From positions 3,310 to 67,309 of the forward strand of contig JAKFYE010000018.1 in assembly GCA_021731045.1 (NCBI GenBank): a stretch of DNA of 64,000 nucleotides. Reading direction: 5' to 3'. Of the stretch, positions 1 through 9,535 are shown piece by piece. Numbering within the stretch: the stretch's first letter is position 1; each line of letters begins with the position of its first letter. The notes under the pieces were generated by a model. It was given only the letters and a program-made list of their open reading frames with translations, was not told the origin of the DNA and did no database searches. The translations under genes were made by a program, and so were the position numbers. This DNA comes from Bdellovibrionales bacterium. Its GTDB lineage: Bacteria; Bdellovibrionota; Bdellovibrionia; Bdellovibrionales; JAKFYE01.

Positions 1-203
1 GTTTAGTAATGCAAGCCAACGGAATTCAGTTTGTGATTGGCCCAGGCGGATCTTACACAGATGGAATCATCAACGGTGTGTCTCCGTATCGCTCAGGACC
101 AAACGGTGAGCAATACCCAAGTTACTTAGCAGGTGATGTGTATATTCAATCTGTTAACGGGCAGCCATGTAACGTGTATCCAATTATTGAGTCGATCAAT
201 TAA
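1..203 (+). CDS. C-terminal fragment of a gene that starts upstream of the window (hypothetical protein)
   Basis: The frame of ORF 9..203 stays open back to base 3, with the stop at 201-203. No recognisable motif. Confidence 0.35.
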   Translation, partial: LVMQANGIQFVIGPGGSYTDGIINGVSPYRSGPNGEQYPSYLAGDVYIQSVNGQPCNVYPIIESIN

Positions 204-240
204 GAGAGTCGTTTTAAGTTAGTTTTTCGAGGGGGATGTC

Positions 241-882
241 GTGAAGTCGGTAAAGTGGTTCTTAGCATTAAGTATCGTGATCGTTTCGATGCATCAAGCG
301 TGCGGCCACCGTATTCGCGAAGCCTCTTCGGGTAAATCTGCAGCTGAAGTCAGCGAACTTTTTAGAGGCTTACAGAGTTCATCCTCTGGCACGAGCACGT
401 CGCTTCAACAGGCAACCAAAATGCTCGAAGATTACCCTGAAACTGTTGTGTATTTTTCAGAAGCTCCCGGAGAAATGGGCCCGTTACACGCGGTTCTTCC
501 TTTAGATTTTTCTTTCGTCAGCGATCGTATCACGTCGGCAAATCTTGAAAGTGCGCGTGCGTACTTTTTGGATCTTTTGACAGAAGAAGGTCACAAAAAC
601 TATTTGATCATTGAATATAAAATCGTAGGGGACGCTTCAAGTGGATATGCCGTTTATTCTAACGAAGGTATGGATTACGGATCTATTGTAGACGGAGAGT
701 TCACTTCGGTTCTAAAAAATGAGACCGGCGAAATGATCGTCGTGAGATCTTACGACATCGACGACAATGAAGATTTAACGCAGACAATTCAGCTTGAGTT
801 CTCAGGTATAAATGCGTCGGGTCAAGAAGAAGGCAACCTAGGACAAATCAGTTCTATGGAAGGCTTTTCCATCTACTTTTAA
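241..882 (+). CDS. exported hypothetical protein
   Basis: GTG start 5 nt after GAGGGGG (229-235). N-terminal hydrophobic signal-like segment WFLALSIVIVSMHQACG. C-terminal residue is Phe. No catalytic motif. Confidence 0.6.
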   Translation: MKSVKWFLALSIVIVSMHQACGHRIREASSGKSAAEVSELFRGLQSSSSGTSTSLQQATKMLEDYPETVVYFSEAPGEMGPLHAVLPLDFSFVSDRITSANLESARAYFLDLLTEEGHKNYLIIEYKIVGDASSGYAVYSNEGMDYGSIVDGEFTSVLKNETGEMIVVRSYDIDDNEDLTQTIQLEFSGINASGQEEGNLGQISSMEGFSIYF

Positions 883-1037
883 AATATCCCAATTTAGACT
901 TTCTAAAATCAATTTAGGCGCACTGCTCCCATATCAACAGTCTCAAAGATTTTTCATAACGCCTTGTTATCCTTATATTTTCTGTTGCAACTTCTATCAA
1001 AAAGGAATCTCATTATCCCACACTGGAAGGTTACAGC

Positions 1038-1910
1038 ATGGGATTACCGCTTTGGGTTGAATTTTTTGATGACCTTGAAAACGTTCGAGGCCGTTCTCGT
1101 AATACGGTTTTGGCTTATCGTCGTGATCTTGAACTCTACAATGATTTTCAAGCCACACAACAAACCGTGACGGCATTTTATGGTTACATGAAAGCGCACG
1201 GATTAAGTGATCGTTCCCAAGCCCGCGTGATTAGCAGCCTTCGTTCTTATTTTAAATTTTGTGAAGAGAACAAAGTGTCAGCTCCAGAACTTCGAGAGCT
1301 CCGTCCCCCTCGCGTAAAAGCAAAACTTCCTAAAGTTCTCACCGAAGACGAATTTAAAAAACTTTTTGCTTCGTGTGAACTGCAAGACTCCAATCGCACA
1401 CTTCGTAATCGCATTACGCTGCTGTTGTTGTTTGGTCTCGGCTGTCGCGTGAGTGAGTTGATTGCGTTGAACCTTGAAGATTTAAGCGAGACGCAATCGT
1501 GCTTAACGGTCACAGGTAAAGGACAAAAACAGCGTTTAGTTCCTTTAAGCGCAGGTTTGTTATCAGATCTTAAAAACTACATTCGAGATGTGCGCCCAGA
1601 TCTTGTGAAAGATTCCACGCACTCTATTATTATTAACGATCGCGGTCATCGCCCTAGTCGTGTGGATATCTGGAGATGGCTCTCGGCTTGGAGTGCAAAA
1701 GCCGGATTTGCCGAACCGGTGAGCCCGCATCAATTCCGTCACGGGTGTGCAACAGCACTGCTTGAGTCTGGCGCCGATTTGCGCTCGATTCAAATGTTGT
1801 TAGGTCACTCAAGTTTGCAAACAACGCAAATCTACACGGCCGTTTCAATAAACAAAAAATCCAAAACCATCGAAGAGCATCACCCCCTCTCAAAACTCAA
1901 AGACCTCTAA
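1038..1910 (+). CDS. xerD: site-specific tyrosine recombinase, XerD-like
   Basis: 290 aa. C-terminal catalytic region HQFRHGCATALLESGADLRSIQMLLGHSSLQTTQIYT closely matches the Xer R-H-R-Y box and is closer to XerD (LRVVQMLLGHSDLSTTQIYT) than to XerC. Confidence 0.85.
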   Translation: MGLPLWVEFFDDLENVRGRSRNTVLAYRRDLELYNDFQATQQTVTAFYGYMKAHGLSDRSQARVISSLRSYFKFCEENKVSAPELRELRPPRVKAKLPKVLTEDEFKKLFASCELQDSNRTLRNRITLLLLFGLGCRVSELIALNLEDLSETQSCLTVTGKGQKQRLVPLSAGLLSDLKNYIRDVRPDLVKDSTHSIIINDRGHRPSRVDIWRWLSAWSAKAGFAEPVSPHQFRHGCATALLESGADLRSIQMLLGHSSLQTTQIYTAVSINKKSKTIEEHHPLSKLKDL

Positions 1911-2115
1911 AAGGTACGGACATCCTTTTGCGACTGCGCGCATTATGCGCGTGCGTTTATACATTTAGTTTTTTCGAATTTTTTATGCATGCAGGATCGT
2001 GGGGTTCAATGCTGAATAAATTTTCCGATAAAAAAACCGTCAAACGGATTTTCAATTTTAATTTCTAAAACAATTTGAGTTCCAGTCGGCGGCACGATTG
2101 CAGATTTGCGCTGAC

Positions 2116-3549
2116 ATGATTGTACATTCTTTTATTCGAGATGGATTTGGATTACAAAAAATTGAAATTGAACTTTCAATAGTTCCTGGTTTACCACAAA
2201 TGAAATTTTTAGGAATGCCGGATGGTTTAATTAAAGAGAGCGAAGCGCGAATTAAAACTGCGATTCGCAATCAAGGCTTTGAAATTCCAGCTTCAAAACA
2301 AGTGCTCATTCAACTTCGACCCAATGATATTAAAAAACACAGTCGCGGATTAGATCTTGCCGTAGCGGCTGCATTTTTGTGGGAGACCGAACAACTTCCA
2401 AAGCCAGAACGTCCCAAGCCGGCTCTGTATGGTGAATTGAATTTTAATGGTGAAGTCATCGCGCCTCTTGATTTCTGTGATGTTGAAACTTTAAAATCTC
2501 AAGAGACGATCATCACCGGAAAGTCCGAAACCGATCTTGGCTTTGACTATTTAAGTGTTAACGAACTTCGAACTCTAAGTGTACCGACAATCCACACAAA
2601 ACAAGATGTCACTTTGCAAATTGTTGAGCCTTCTGTTGAAAATCTTTTTTTATCTAAAGCCCAGGCACGACTCGCCATGATTATTGCCGCTGGAGAGCAC
2701 AGCGCTTTATTTGCTGGTCCTCCGGGTACAGGCAAATCCACAATGGCCGAATATATTTCAAAAATTCTTTGTCCTAATTATGAAGACTTAAAAATGAGCG
2801 CACAAATTGCGAGGTATTTTGGAGAAAAACTGGAATGGATTCCCACTCGTCGTCCTCATCATAAATCCACATTGTTATCAATGATCGGAGCCGGCCGACC
2901 GCCTGAGCCCGGTGAGGTGACGAGAGCCCATGGAGGGGTTCTTATTATGGATGAATTTCTAGAGTTTGATTCCAAGCTTCAAGAGGCTCTCCGTGAGCCT
3001 ATAGAAACGGGAAAAATTATGATATCTCGTGCCGGTGCGGCCAGAGAATTTCCGGCAAAATTTCTTTTACTTGCCACGACCAATTTATGTAAGTGTGGGC
3101 AATTAATACCTTCAACTAAAAATCAGTGTCAGTGTCGAACTGTTCGTAAGCGGCAGTATGTCGAAAGGCTTTCAGGTCCCATACTCGATCGCTTTCAAAT
3201 TATTTCGTTTAGCCATGAATATTCTCAAGAGCACGACGTCTCTCTTACAGATATTCGTCATCGCGTAAAAAGAGCACGTGAATTTGCGCAAGAAAATAGA
3301 AAGCAGCACGCACCTAACAGTCGGATTTCAAGTTTAAGCGTAGAAAAAGACATTAGCCCCAGTCTACAAAAAGTATTTAAACTCAAAATGTCTTCGCAGC
3401 GGAGGTTAAAATCTGTGCTCCAAGTGGCCCGTACGATTGCCGATTTAAGCGAAAGCCGCGAGATTCGGGCCGGCCATCTTAATGAGGCTCTCGCGTTGTC
3501 ATTGCGCTCGGCCACTCGTATCCAAGTTGATTTACAGCGCTATATTTAA
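2116..3549 (+). CDS. comM: YifB/ComM family Mg-chelatase-like ATPase
   Basis: N-terminal Lon-like domain (GLPQMKFLGMPDGLIKESEARIKTAI), Walker A GPPGTGKST, Walker B VLIMDEF, and LSGPILDRFQI. Start moved to ATG 2116 to match the usual family N-terminus. Confidence 0.9.
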   Translation: MIVHSFIRDGFGLQKIEIELSIVPGLPQMKFLGMPDGLIKESEARIKTAIRNQGFEIPASKQVLIQLRPNDIKKHSRGLDLAVAAAFLWETEQLPKPERPKPALYGELNFNGEVIAPLDFCDVETLKSQETIITGKSETDLGFDYLSVNELRTLSVPTIHTKQDVTLQIVEPSVENLFLSKAQARLAMIIAAGEHSALFAGPPGTGKSTMAEYISKILCPNYEDLKMSAQIARYFGEKLEWIPTRRPHHKSTLLSMIGAGRPPEPGEVTRAHGGVLIMDEFLEFDSKLQEALREPIETGKIMISRAGAAREFPAKFLLLATTNLCKCGQLIPSTKNQCQCRTVRKRQYVERLSGPILDRFQIISFSHEYSQEHDVSLTDIRHRVKRAREFAQENRKQHAPNSRISSLSVEKDISPSLQKVFKLKMSSQRRLKSVLQVARTIADLSESREIRAGHLNEALALSLRSATRIQVDLQRYI

Positions 3550-3645
3550 TCTTGCTTAAAATCTGAGCCTCATACGGCTCAGGCCGCATCGCAGATCGAC
3601 TTGACACCTAGTTTCCAATTCGTCAAAACTGTGATTCATCATTAG

Positions 3646-3719
3646 GGTGACGTAGCCAAGTGGTTAGGCTCCGCTCTGCAAAAGCGGCTACGCCGGTTCA
3701 ATTCCGGCCGTCACCTCCA
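3646..3719 (+). tRNA. tRNA-Cys (anticodon GCA)
   Basis: Hand-folded cloverleaf. Acceptor GGTGACG/CGTCACC is perfect. Anticodon arm CCGCT-CTGCAAA-AGCGG. T arm GCCGG-TTCAATT-CCGGC. Discriminator is U73 (a CysRS identity element) and CCA is encoded. Confidence 0.9.
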
Positions 3720-3720
3720 A
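3709..3720 (+). repeat. attL core (3' end of tRNA-Cys)
   Basis: CGTCACCTCCAA, identical to 14726-14737. Confidence 0.55.
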
Positions 3721-4038
3721 CTTACTTGCGCAGTTTCGCGCTGAAAACTAAGTACTAGAAAACATTAAACAATCGCCTTATGTGCTGAGAAGGTTTTAGC
3801 TTTTGAGCATTTCTTAAAATTTCGCTGCATTTCTGTCGTTGGCCTGAATTTGGCCACAATCTGGCCTGAATGCGAAGTTGTAGTTTCGTGTTCCGTTTTA
3901 GCGAGAACAAGAACTCGCGACACAGTGTCCATCCATATCTTCCCTTTAGAAAGACTTTTGCCCTTACAAGAGCATTTTAATCTGTCTTAAGGGAATTGTT
4001 TTTAGAGCGTCTCTTCTTAACCCGAAAAAGAGGCGGCA

Positions 4039-4320
4039 ATGGAATTAAAAAGAATGCTGAAGCAGTTGATTTATCAGAACGACATAAGTATCGCGCATTT
4101 GGCGCGAGCTACTCGTATTCCTCGACAGACGATAGATAACTGGATGACGGGGCAAGAGCCACGAAGTCTTAAACAAGTAAAAAAGGTAGCGGATTATTTT
4201 AAGGTCCCAATGGATTACTTGTGTTTTGGTGAGACGCCAAAAGATAAATCAATTCGCGAGTACGAAGATCAAATTAATGCAGGTGTTTTTGAAGTGGTTT
4301 TAAGACGAGTTAAACGTTAA
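4039..4320 (+). CDS. XRE/Cro-C1 family HTH transcriptional regulator
   Basis: 93 aa. ISIAHLARATRIPRQTIDNWMTGQEP is a typical HTH_3 helix-turn-helix. First gene inside attL. Confidence 0.8.
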   Translation: MELKRMLKQLIYQNDISIAHLARATRIPRQTIDNWMTGQEPRSLKQVKKVADYFKVPMDYLCFGETPKDKSIREYEDQINAGVFEVVLRRVKR

Positions 4321-4329
4321 GGGGACAAC

Positions 4330-4755
4330 ATGAAATTATTTATACTACTATTCATTTTACTTAGCTCTGTGCGGACTTTAGCTACTCCCGCTGAGTGCAA
4401 GCTTTCGTTCTATAATTTTAATAAAGCCCATGAATCTAGGGTGCAGGCAGTGGGAGTTGATGAAGGTGGAAGCATAACTCTAGGCTTCAGACATGATGTA
4501 AATGCAAACCTTCAAGAACAAGCTGATATGGCGAGTTTAATTAGAGCGTGTGTATCGTCAGGTATGATGTCGCGCGCACTTTATAAGTTCAAAAAAGACG
4601 ATAAAGTCCCACACACGATTTGCACAAACTTAAATGCTATAACCCTTGGTATGGTTTGTTTGCCGTATAAATGCGAAGGGCCAAAGGGCAAAAGTTGCGC
4701 GCCGCCGCGTTTGATAAAGGGCGATGCCGATGGCAACCCTATCGAAGTGAAATAA
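4330..4755 (+). CDS. small exported cysteine-containing protein
   Basis: Signal peptide MKLFILLFILLSSVRTLA. Six Cys in the mature part. Starts 10 nt after the XRE gene, with GGGGA ahead of the ATG. Confidence 0.6.
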   Translation: MKLFILLFILLSSVRTLATPAECKLSFYNFNKAHESRVQAVGVDEGGSITLGFRHDVNANLQEQADMASLIRACVSSGMMSRALYKFKKDDKVPHTICTNLNAITLGMVCLPYKCEGPKGKSCAPPRLIKGDADGNPIEVK

Positions 4756-4928
4756 AGCATTAAAATGACCTAGTATTAGCTGCAAATTCTTCACGGACCG
4801 TTAAAACAGCGTGAACTTCAGAGCTAGAACCGTGGTTTCGGTCTCTTATGTACGGGCCAATAATAATCCAAATGACATGCTTCAATTCGACATGCTAACT
4901 AAACCCAAATTTCAAATTGGAGAGAGTT

Positions 4929-6872
4929 ATGATCATACGATCTGTGGTATTGGCTTGTTTTATAGGTCTGATTGTCGGTTGCAGCTCATCTTCCGTAAAA
5001 CCCGAGCCTCAAACCGTGTCTCTGAATAACGACACACTAATTAAGTTGGGTATTACCGCCGCGTCTCCAGCGCCCCAATATCCGTTTGAAGAGTTTTATA
5101 AGACATCTCAAATTTCGGGTTTCGAATTTAAGTCAGATAAGTCTGGCGTTTATTTCCTGAAGAAAGATGCAAAGGTTGAGAATGTTTTTGAATACAACTT
5201 TGCGAACCGTAAGATAAAGCAGATCACTTTCTTCCCAGAAACAGTATCCTCATTCCTCGTTGATCCAAAAGGAAAGTACTTAATCATCCAAAAAGATATT
5301 GGTGGAAGCGAACTATACGATCTTTACAGATTTGATTTAAAAACAAAAAAAGTTAAGCGACTTACTGATGGGAAAAACGAAGAGAGAAATTTTGCTTGCG
5401 ATCTTACCAAAGATGGTCGCAAACTTTACTTTGCTCAAAGCCGCGAGAAACGCAATTACTCTGACATTATGTCTTACGACTTGGTCTCAGACAAAATTGA
5501 AACCGTTCTTAAGGCAAATAAAGAACAACTTTATTGTAGTACTTTAAACAAGAAGAATAACTTACTAGGATTTACGAAATTTATAGACAACAACGAAGTC
5601 CATTTAGGATTGCTCGATCTCGACACTGGAAAATACAAATATATTTTAAACGAAAAAGGGATCAAGTCATCTGACGGGGTGTTTGCAGATAACACTGACA
5701 ACATTTATTTTTTGAGCACCAAAGGTTCGGACCTCTTCAGACTTTGGGTTTATAATACAAAAAGTGAACTGGTAGAGCTCGCCAAAACAGATATTTCAAA
5801 TAGCATTGAAGGTGTAGGAATTTATGGTAGCGGAAGTGTATCAGTTGTTCGTTATCGAGGTGAGTTAGCGCCTAAAGTGAAGGTCTATTCAGGAGTACTC
5901 GAAGCTGAGTTGAAACTTCCCATTGCGCCGGAGAACATTAAGAATGCGATGTTTGATAAGGAAGATCCAAAACTAGGTATTATCATCGCTCAAAATGGTG
6001 CAGCACCAAAGCAATACTATGTCTTAAATCACGACAAACTCGATTTGCTTTATAATTCTAATCAATCCTCCATTAAAGATGAGCACTTTTCAAAATCATC
6101 CTCGCTTTTTGTGAACAGCTTCGATGGTCTTAAAGTGCCAGCTCACTATTTTATTCCAAACGGTACTTCTAGTACGAATAAGAAGCCAGTCGTCTTCTGG
6201 ATTCATGGCGGTCCTGAAGACAATGTCGATCCTGAGTTTTCTTCAGTGATTCAGTATATTTTAAATCAGGGTTTTATTGTTGTTGCCCCTAACGTGCGAG
6301 GAAGCACAGGGTTTGGTAAAGCTTATCAGTTTAAGGATAACGGCGATTGGGGTGGCGGACATATCAAAGACATAGTTGCGGTGGCGGAGTTCACGCGTGG
6401 TCTTGATTTTGTTGATAGTCAGAATATATTTGTACTTGGTGGCAGTTTTGGTGGATTTAGTGTGATGTCACTTATTACTCAGTATCCTAAAGTATTTAAA
6501 GCCGCAGTGGATATTTTCGGCCCCGTCGAGTTCGCATCATTTGTTAACAGCTGGCCACCGCAAGTTCAGCCGTATTGGATCACTGAATTAGGTTTTGATC
6601 CTCGTCTTGATAAAGCTAAAAACGAAAAAGTGTCGCCGTTATATCATGTGCAAAATATTTCAATTCCTCTTCAGGTTCACCAAGGCGCGAACGATATTCG
6701 GGTACCAAAAGCACAGTCTGACTTGCTAGTTTCTGAAATCAAAAAAGCCGGAAAAGATGTTGATTACTTCGTATATGATAGCGAAGGCCACGGGTTTACA
6801 AAGTTTGAAAACTCAAAATTATGCTTTACTCGCATTACTGATTTTTTCCGAAAACAATCTAATAAGCAATAG
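4929..6872 (+). CDS. S9 family serine peptidase lipoprotein (prolyl oligopeptidase / dipeptidyl peptidase type, with N-terminal beta-propeller)
   Basis: Lipobox LIVGC. Nucleophile elbow GGSFGG, and VFWIHGGPE, NDIRVP and SEGHGF match the Ser-Asp-His triad context of S9 peptidases. ATG 4929 is preceded by GGAGAGAG. Confidence 0.85.
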   Translation: MIIRSVVLACFIGLIVGCSSSSVKPEPQTVSLNNDTLIKLGITAASPAPQYPFEEFYKTSQISGFEFKSDKSGVYFLKKDAKVENVFEYNFANRKIKQITFFPETVSSFLVDPKGKYLIIQKDIGGSELYDLYRFDLKTKKVKRLTDGKNEERNFACDLTKDGRKLYFAQSREKRNYSDIMSYDLVSDKIETVLKANKEQLYCSTLNKKNNLLGFTKFIDNNEVHLGLLDLDTGKYKYILNEKGIKSSDGVFADNTDNIYFLSTKGSDLFRLWVYNTKSELVELAKTDISNSIEGVGIYGSGSVSVVRYRGELAPKVKVYSGVLEAELKLPIAPENIKNAMFDKEDPKLGIIIAQNGAAPKQYYVLNHDKLDLLYNSNQSSIKDEHFSKSSSLFVNSFDGLKVPAHYFIPNGTSSTNKKPVVFWIHGGPEDNVDPEFSSVIQYILNQGFIVVAPNVRGSTGFGKAYQFKDNGDWGGGHIKDIVAVAEFTRGLDFVDSQNIFVLGGSFGGFSVMSLITQYPKVFKAAVDIFGPVEFASFVNSWPPQVQPYWITELGFDPRLDKAKNEKVSPLYHVQNISIPLQVHQGANDIRVPKAQSDLLVSEIKKAGKDVDYFVYDSEGHGFTKFENSKLCFTRITDFFRKQSNKQ

Positions 6873-7001
6873 ACTTACTGGGTATACACAGAAAGTTTTT
6901 AGAGTAACCACGCCCGTTAATTGTACGTTTTTAACGGATGCGCGGCGCTTAATTAACCATGCAGCCTAAACATTAGTCTGCCGTTTCTATATACTATCTA
7001 G

Positions 7002-7883
7002 ATGTCTGCCACATATTTACTAGCTAAAATTAACGCCTTTTGGAAATATGGCTTTTCTGCTGGAAAGCAATTTGCGAATCCTCACTTTCAATCCGAACAG
7101 CTAAATAATTATCTTCTGCATATACCTGCGTTACTCAAAAAAGAGGGCCATAGACCCGATTTGCTTCGCGAGCATTATGAAAGTATTTTTTCACCTATGG
7201 TTGGACTGGGGTTTACTTGTGCTAATCATAATTATGGTATTAGAGTTTTAGGTCTTAGTGGTGCATCTTTAGAGGGTCTAATGCTATTGAGACCTCAGAT
7301 TGAGGCTCTTCTTATCTTTTTTTACTTTATTGAATGCAAATCTGATCTAAAAGCTATCGAAGCAAGAGTCGAGAAGTTCAACGACTGGATTCAAGTTAAG
7401 ATGAGACAAAATCACAAGAAGTCCAAAAGTTTTGATTGGACAAAGTTTATTTACAAGAACCGTTCATTTGAAAAGACAGTAAGACAGAACTACGACAGCG
7501 TTAAAGCAAAATATAAAAATGACGAGGCTGCGTTTTTAGAGTTATGTGAATTTACAGGTTTTCTTACCTCTAAAGAGAAATTACGCTTAGCTAAAGATTT
7601 TGATATATTAGGTCTTTATAACCATATAGTCGCTGAAGCCTCGGCGAGTATTCACGTGGCAGATTTATACGACAGAATGATTCGTGTTGGAGATGTGTTC
7701 TTTCAGTTTAGATTGAAGGATGAATCAAACGGATTCTGGCCTATGAGTTTAAGTAATCTCTTATTATTTCAATATTTTTTTACGCTGTCAGAGTTTATGG
7801 GGGCAAAGGATACAATTAGTAAAGACCTTCTAAAAATATTCGCCGCGCAAAAAAAGAAAGGACCTGCGGCGAAAGGAGTGTGA
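7002..7883 (+). CDS. hypothetical protein (orphan island cargo)
   Basis: 293-aa ORF, apparently all-helical, with no signal peptide, TM segment or catalytic motif that I recognise. Confidence 0.55.
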   Translation: MSATYLLAKINAFWKYGFSAGKQFANPHFQSEQLNNYLLHIPALLKKEGHRPDLLREHYESIFSPMVGLGFTCANHNYGIRVLGLSGASLEGLMLLRPQIEALLIFFYFIECKSDLKAIEARVEKFNDWIQVKMRQNHKKSKSFDWTKFIYKNRSFEKTVRQNYDSVKAKYKNDEAAFLELCEFTGFLTSKEKLRLAKDFDILGLYNHIVAEASASIHVADLYDRMIRVGDVFFQFRLKDESNGFWPMSLSNLLLFQYFFTLSEFMGAKDTISKDLLKIFAAQKKKGPAAKGV

Positions 7884-7948
7884 TGTTGAATTTTGTAGGT
7901 TAAATCCCATATTATGTTCTGAGCAGCCGCCTTCAAATATACTTATGA

Positions 7949-8608
7949 TTAAAACTCATCAGACATTTTGGTTAAAACGTCTCTAACTTTAGGCGCTGTT
8001 TGGTAGAAGCTACTTTCGGAGACAAGATAAGGAAGAAGATTGGCTACAAAGTGTTTCGCGGCGAAAAGTTCGATCACAAAAGTCAATATTACAAAAAATA
8101 TCATAAAAAATATGTCGTATATATGCAGTGTATGAACTGAAAAGAGAGCAAGTATTAGTGTCATCTCTGCACCCAAGTGAAGGCGGACAAGTTTCTTTTT
8201 ACCGACTTTTATTTTCTCAACAATTTCCTTTTTCAAATGCTGATTTACTTCTTGCGAGGTTGACGGAATTGTTGCTGCTTTGACAGCCCACTCATCAATT
8301 ACATTTTGCCATTTAAAGAAACTTTTTGTCCAGTTTGCGAAAATTCCTCGAAACCATGTTGCACATTTTATTCCAACTACAATGACTAAGGAACATAGAA
8401 TGACATTCCAAAAAGTTGCGCTTTTAAATACAAGTTTTGTGACATCAAATACTTTGCTATTCATTAATGAGATCCAAATGCCATTCTCTAAACTAGGAGT
8501 TTGGAGTGCGTACATTGAAACAAAAAATACGAAGGCGCGCGTAAGCGGAAGTGCTTTCGCTAGATCAGATACATATTGTTTTTTTAGATCATCTATTAAT
8601 GATTCCAT
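7949..8608 (-). CDS. small integral membrane protein (about four TM helices), second gene of an orphan operon
   Basis: 219 aa. Hydrophobic segments AFVFFVSMYAL, FWNVILCSLVIVVGI, MTLILALFSV and IFFMIFFVILTFVIELF. Start lies 4 nt downstream of the stop of ORF 8613..9491. Confidence 0.65.
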   Translation of the reverse strand: MESLIDDLKKQYVSDLAKALPLTRAFVFFVSMYALQTPSLENGIWISLMNSKVFDVTKLVFKSATFWNVILCSLVIVVGIKCATWFRGIFANWTKSFFKWQNVIDEWAVKAATIPSTSQEVNQHLKKEIVEKIKVGKKKLVRLHLGAEMTLILALFSVHTLHIYDIFFMIFFVILTFVIELFAAKHFVANLLPYLVSESSFYQTAPKVRDVLTKMSDEF

Positions 8609-8612
8609 TTTT

Positions 8613-9491
8613 TTATTCTATCAGTCTAATAAAATAAATGTCACCTGCTTTAGGGTCGAATGAGCCATATTCAACTAGAGGGCAGCCGATAAAAGTTATT
8701 TTACGATCTTCTCCCAAGTAGTTTCTAACAAGAATGAAATCCTGCTCACTGGGGAAATTTATCGTGGCTTGTTTACCACCCTCTATAAGGATAATTCCCT
8801 TTTGCGACTTTGAGTTTAATTCCGTTACTTTTCCTGAGTATAGAACTGGTTCGGCAAGTGTCTTCGCCGCAACAACTTTATGAAATGCTTTGCTGGTTTC
8901 TAAATCAAATTTGAATTTTACTTGTGTCTGGCTTGTAATACTAATTTCAATAGAATTAGTAGAATCACCTGCTCTTCTAACTATTGAAGCTATTTGATCA
9001 AATTCTTTTGCAATCGACCTGTCGCCATAGCTTCTCTTAAAATCCATTTTTCCTTTAATTAAATCTTGATAGCTAATAGGTGTAACCATTTCATTTACTA
9101 CTTCCAATTTTTTCCTTTCGGCGACCTCGCTAAGTTTTTGAATGTTGTTTGAACCCTCTCGTTGGGCTTCTTTCATCGCTTGCGAAAGAGTGTCTGCAAT
9201 TCTTTTTAATACTCGTTGTGCCAGCTCGGGGTTACTGGCTGCTAAAAGGTCCAATATGAATCCGCCATTTTGGGGTACCGGAACTAGAAATTCAATTTCA
9301 GCTAAATCGTCAATTTTTACTTTTGCATGCTTGTGAACCCCTCCCTTTTCAATATCCAAATACGCTCGCCCGATTGCGCATTGGGTGTGATATAAACTTT
9401 TGGCCAAATAGCGTAATGGAATCCGGTGTTCGCGTGCAAGACTGCCTTCAAAGTGCAACTGTAAGTTCGGTCTATTCAAAGTTGGTGGCAT
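8613..9491 (-). CDS. hypothetical soluble protein, first gene of an orphan operon
   Basis: 292-aa ORF with no recognisable motif. GAGGAAACC precedes the ATG on the minus strand. Confidence 0.65.
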   Translation of the reverse strand: MPPTLNRPNLQLHFEGSLAREHRIPLRYLAKSLYHTQCAIGRAYLDIEKGGVHKHAKVKIDDLAEIEFLVPVPQNGGFILDLLAASNPELAQRVLKRIADTLSQAMKEAQREGSNNIQKLSEVAERKKLEVVNEMVTPISYQDLIKGKMDFKRSYGDRSIAKEFDQIASIVRRAGDSTNSIEISITSQTQVKFKFDLETSKAFHKVVAAKTLAEPVLYSGKVTELNSKSQKGIILIEGGKQATINFPSEQDFILVRNYLGEDRKITFIGCPLVEYGSFDPKAGDIYFIRLIE

Positions 9492-9510
9492 GGTTTCCTC
9501 ATAAGCAAAA

Positions 9511-9535
9511 TCTATAAATAATATCTATTTATAGA
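9511..9535. promoter_or_regulatory. putative operator: perfect 10-bp inverted repeat
   Basis: TCTATAAATA-ATATC-TATTTATAGA. It lies 20 nt upstream of the 9491 start, in the divergent intergenic region 9492-9721. Confidence 0.4.

Noticed and set aside
1247-1893. Minus-strand ORFs inside xerD (1247..1513, 1563..1793, 1654..1893)
   Set aside because: They lie antisense to a confidently identified recombinase gene.
7949-9491. Calling the orphan operon a Kiwa system (KwaA/KwaB)
   Set aside because: Only the size and TM architecture are reminiscent. The gene order is reversed, and I cannot verify DUF4868 homology without a profile search. Kept as a hypothesis to test, not as an annotation.
8280-9517. 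Plus-strand ORFs 8280..8663, 9142..9336 and 9323..9517
   Set aside because: They lie antisense to, or overlap, the two longer minus-strand ORFs. They have no RBS and a low-complexity or odd composition.
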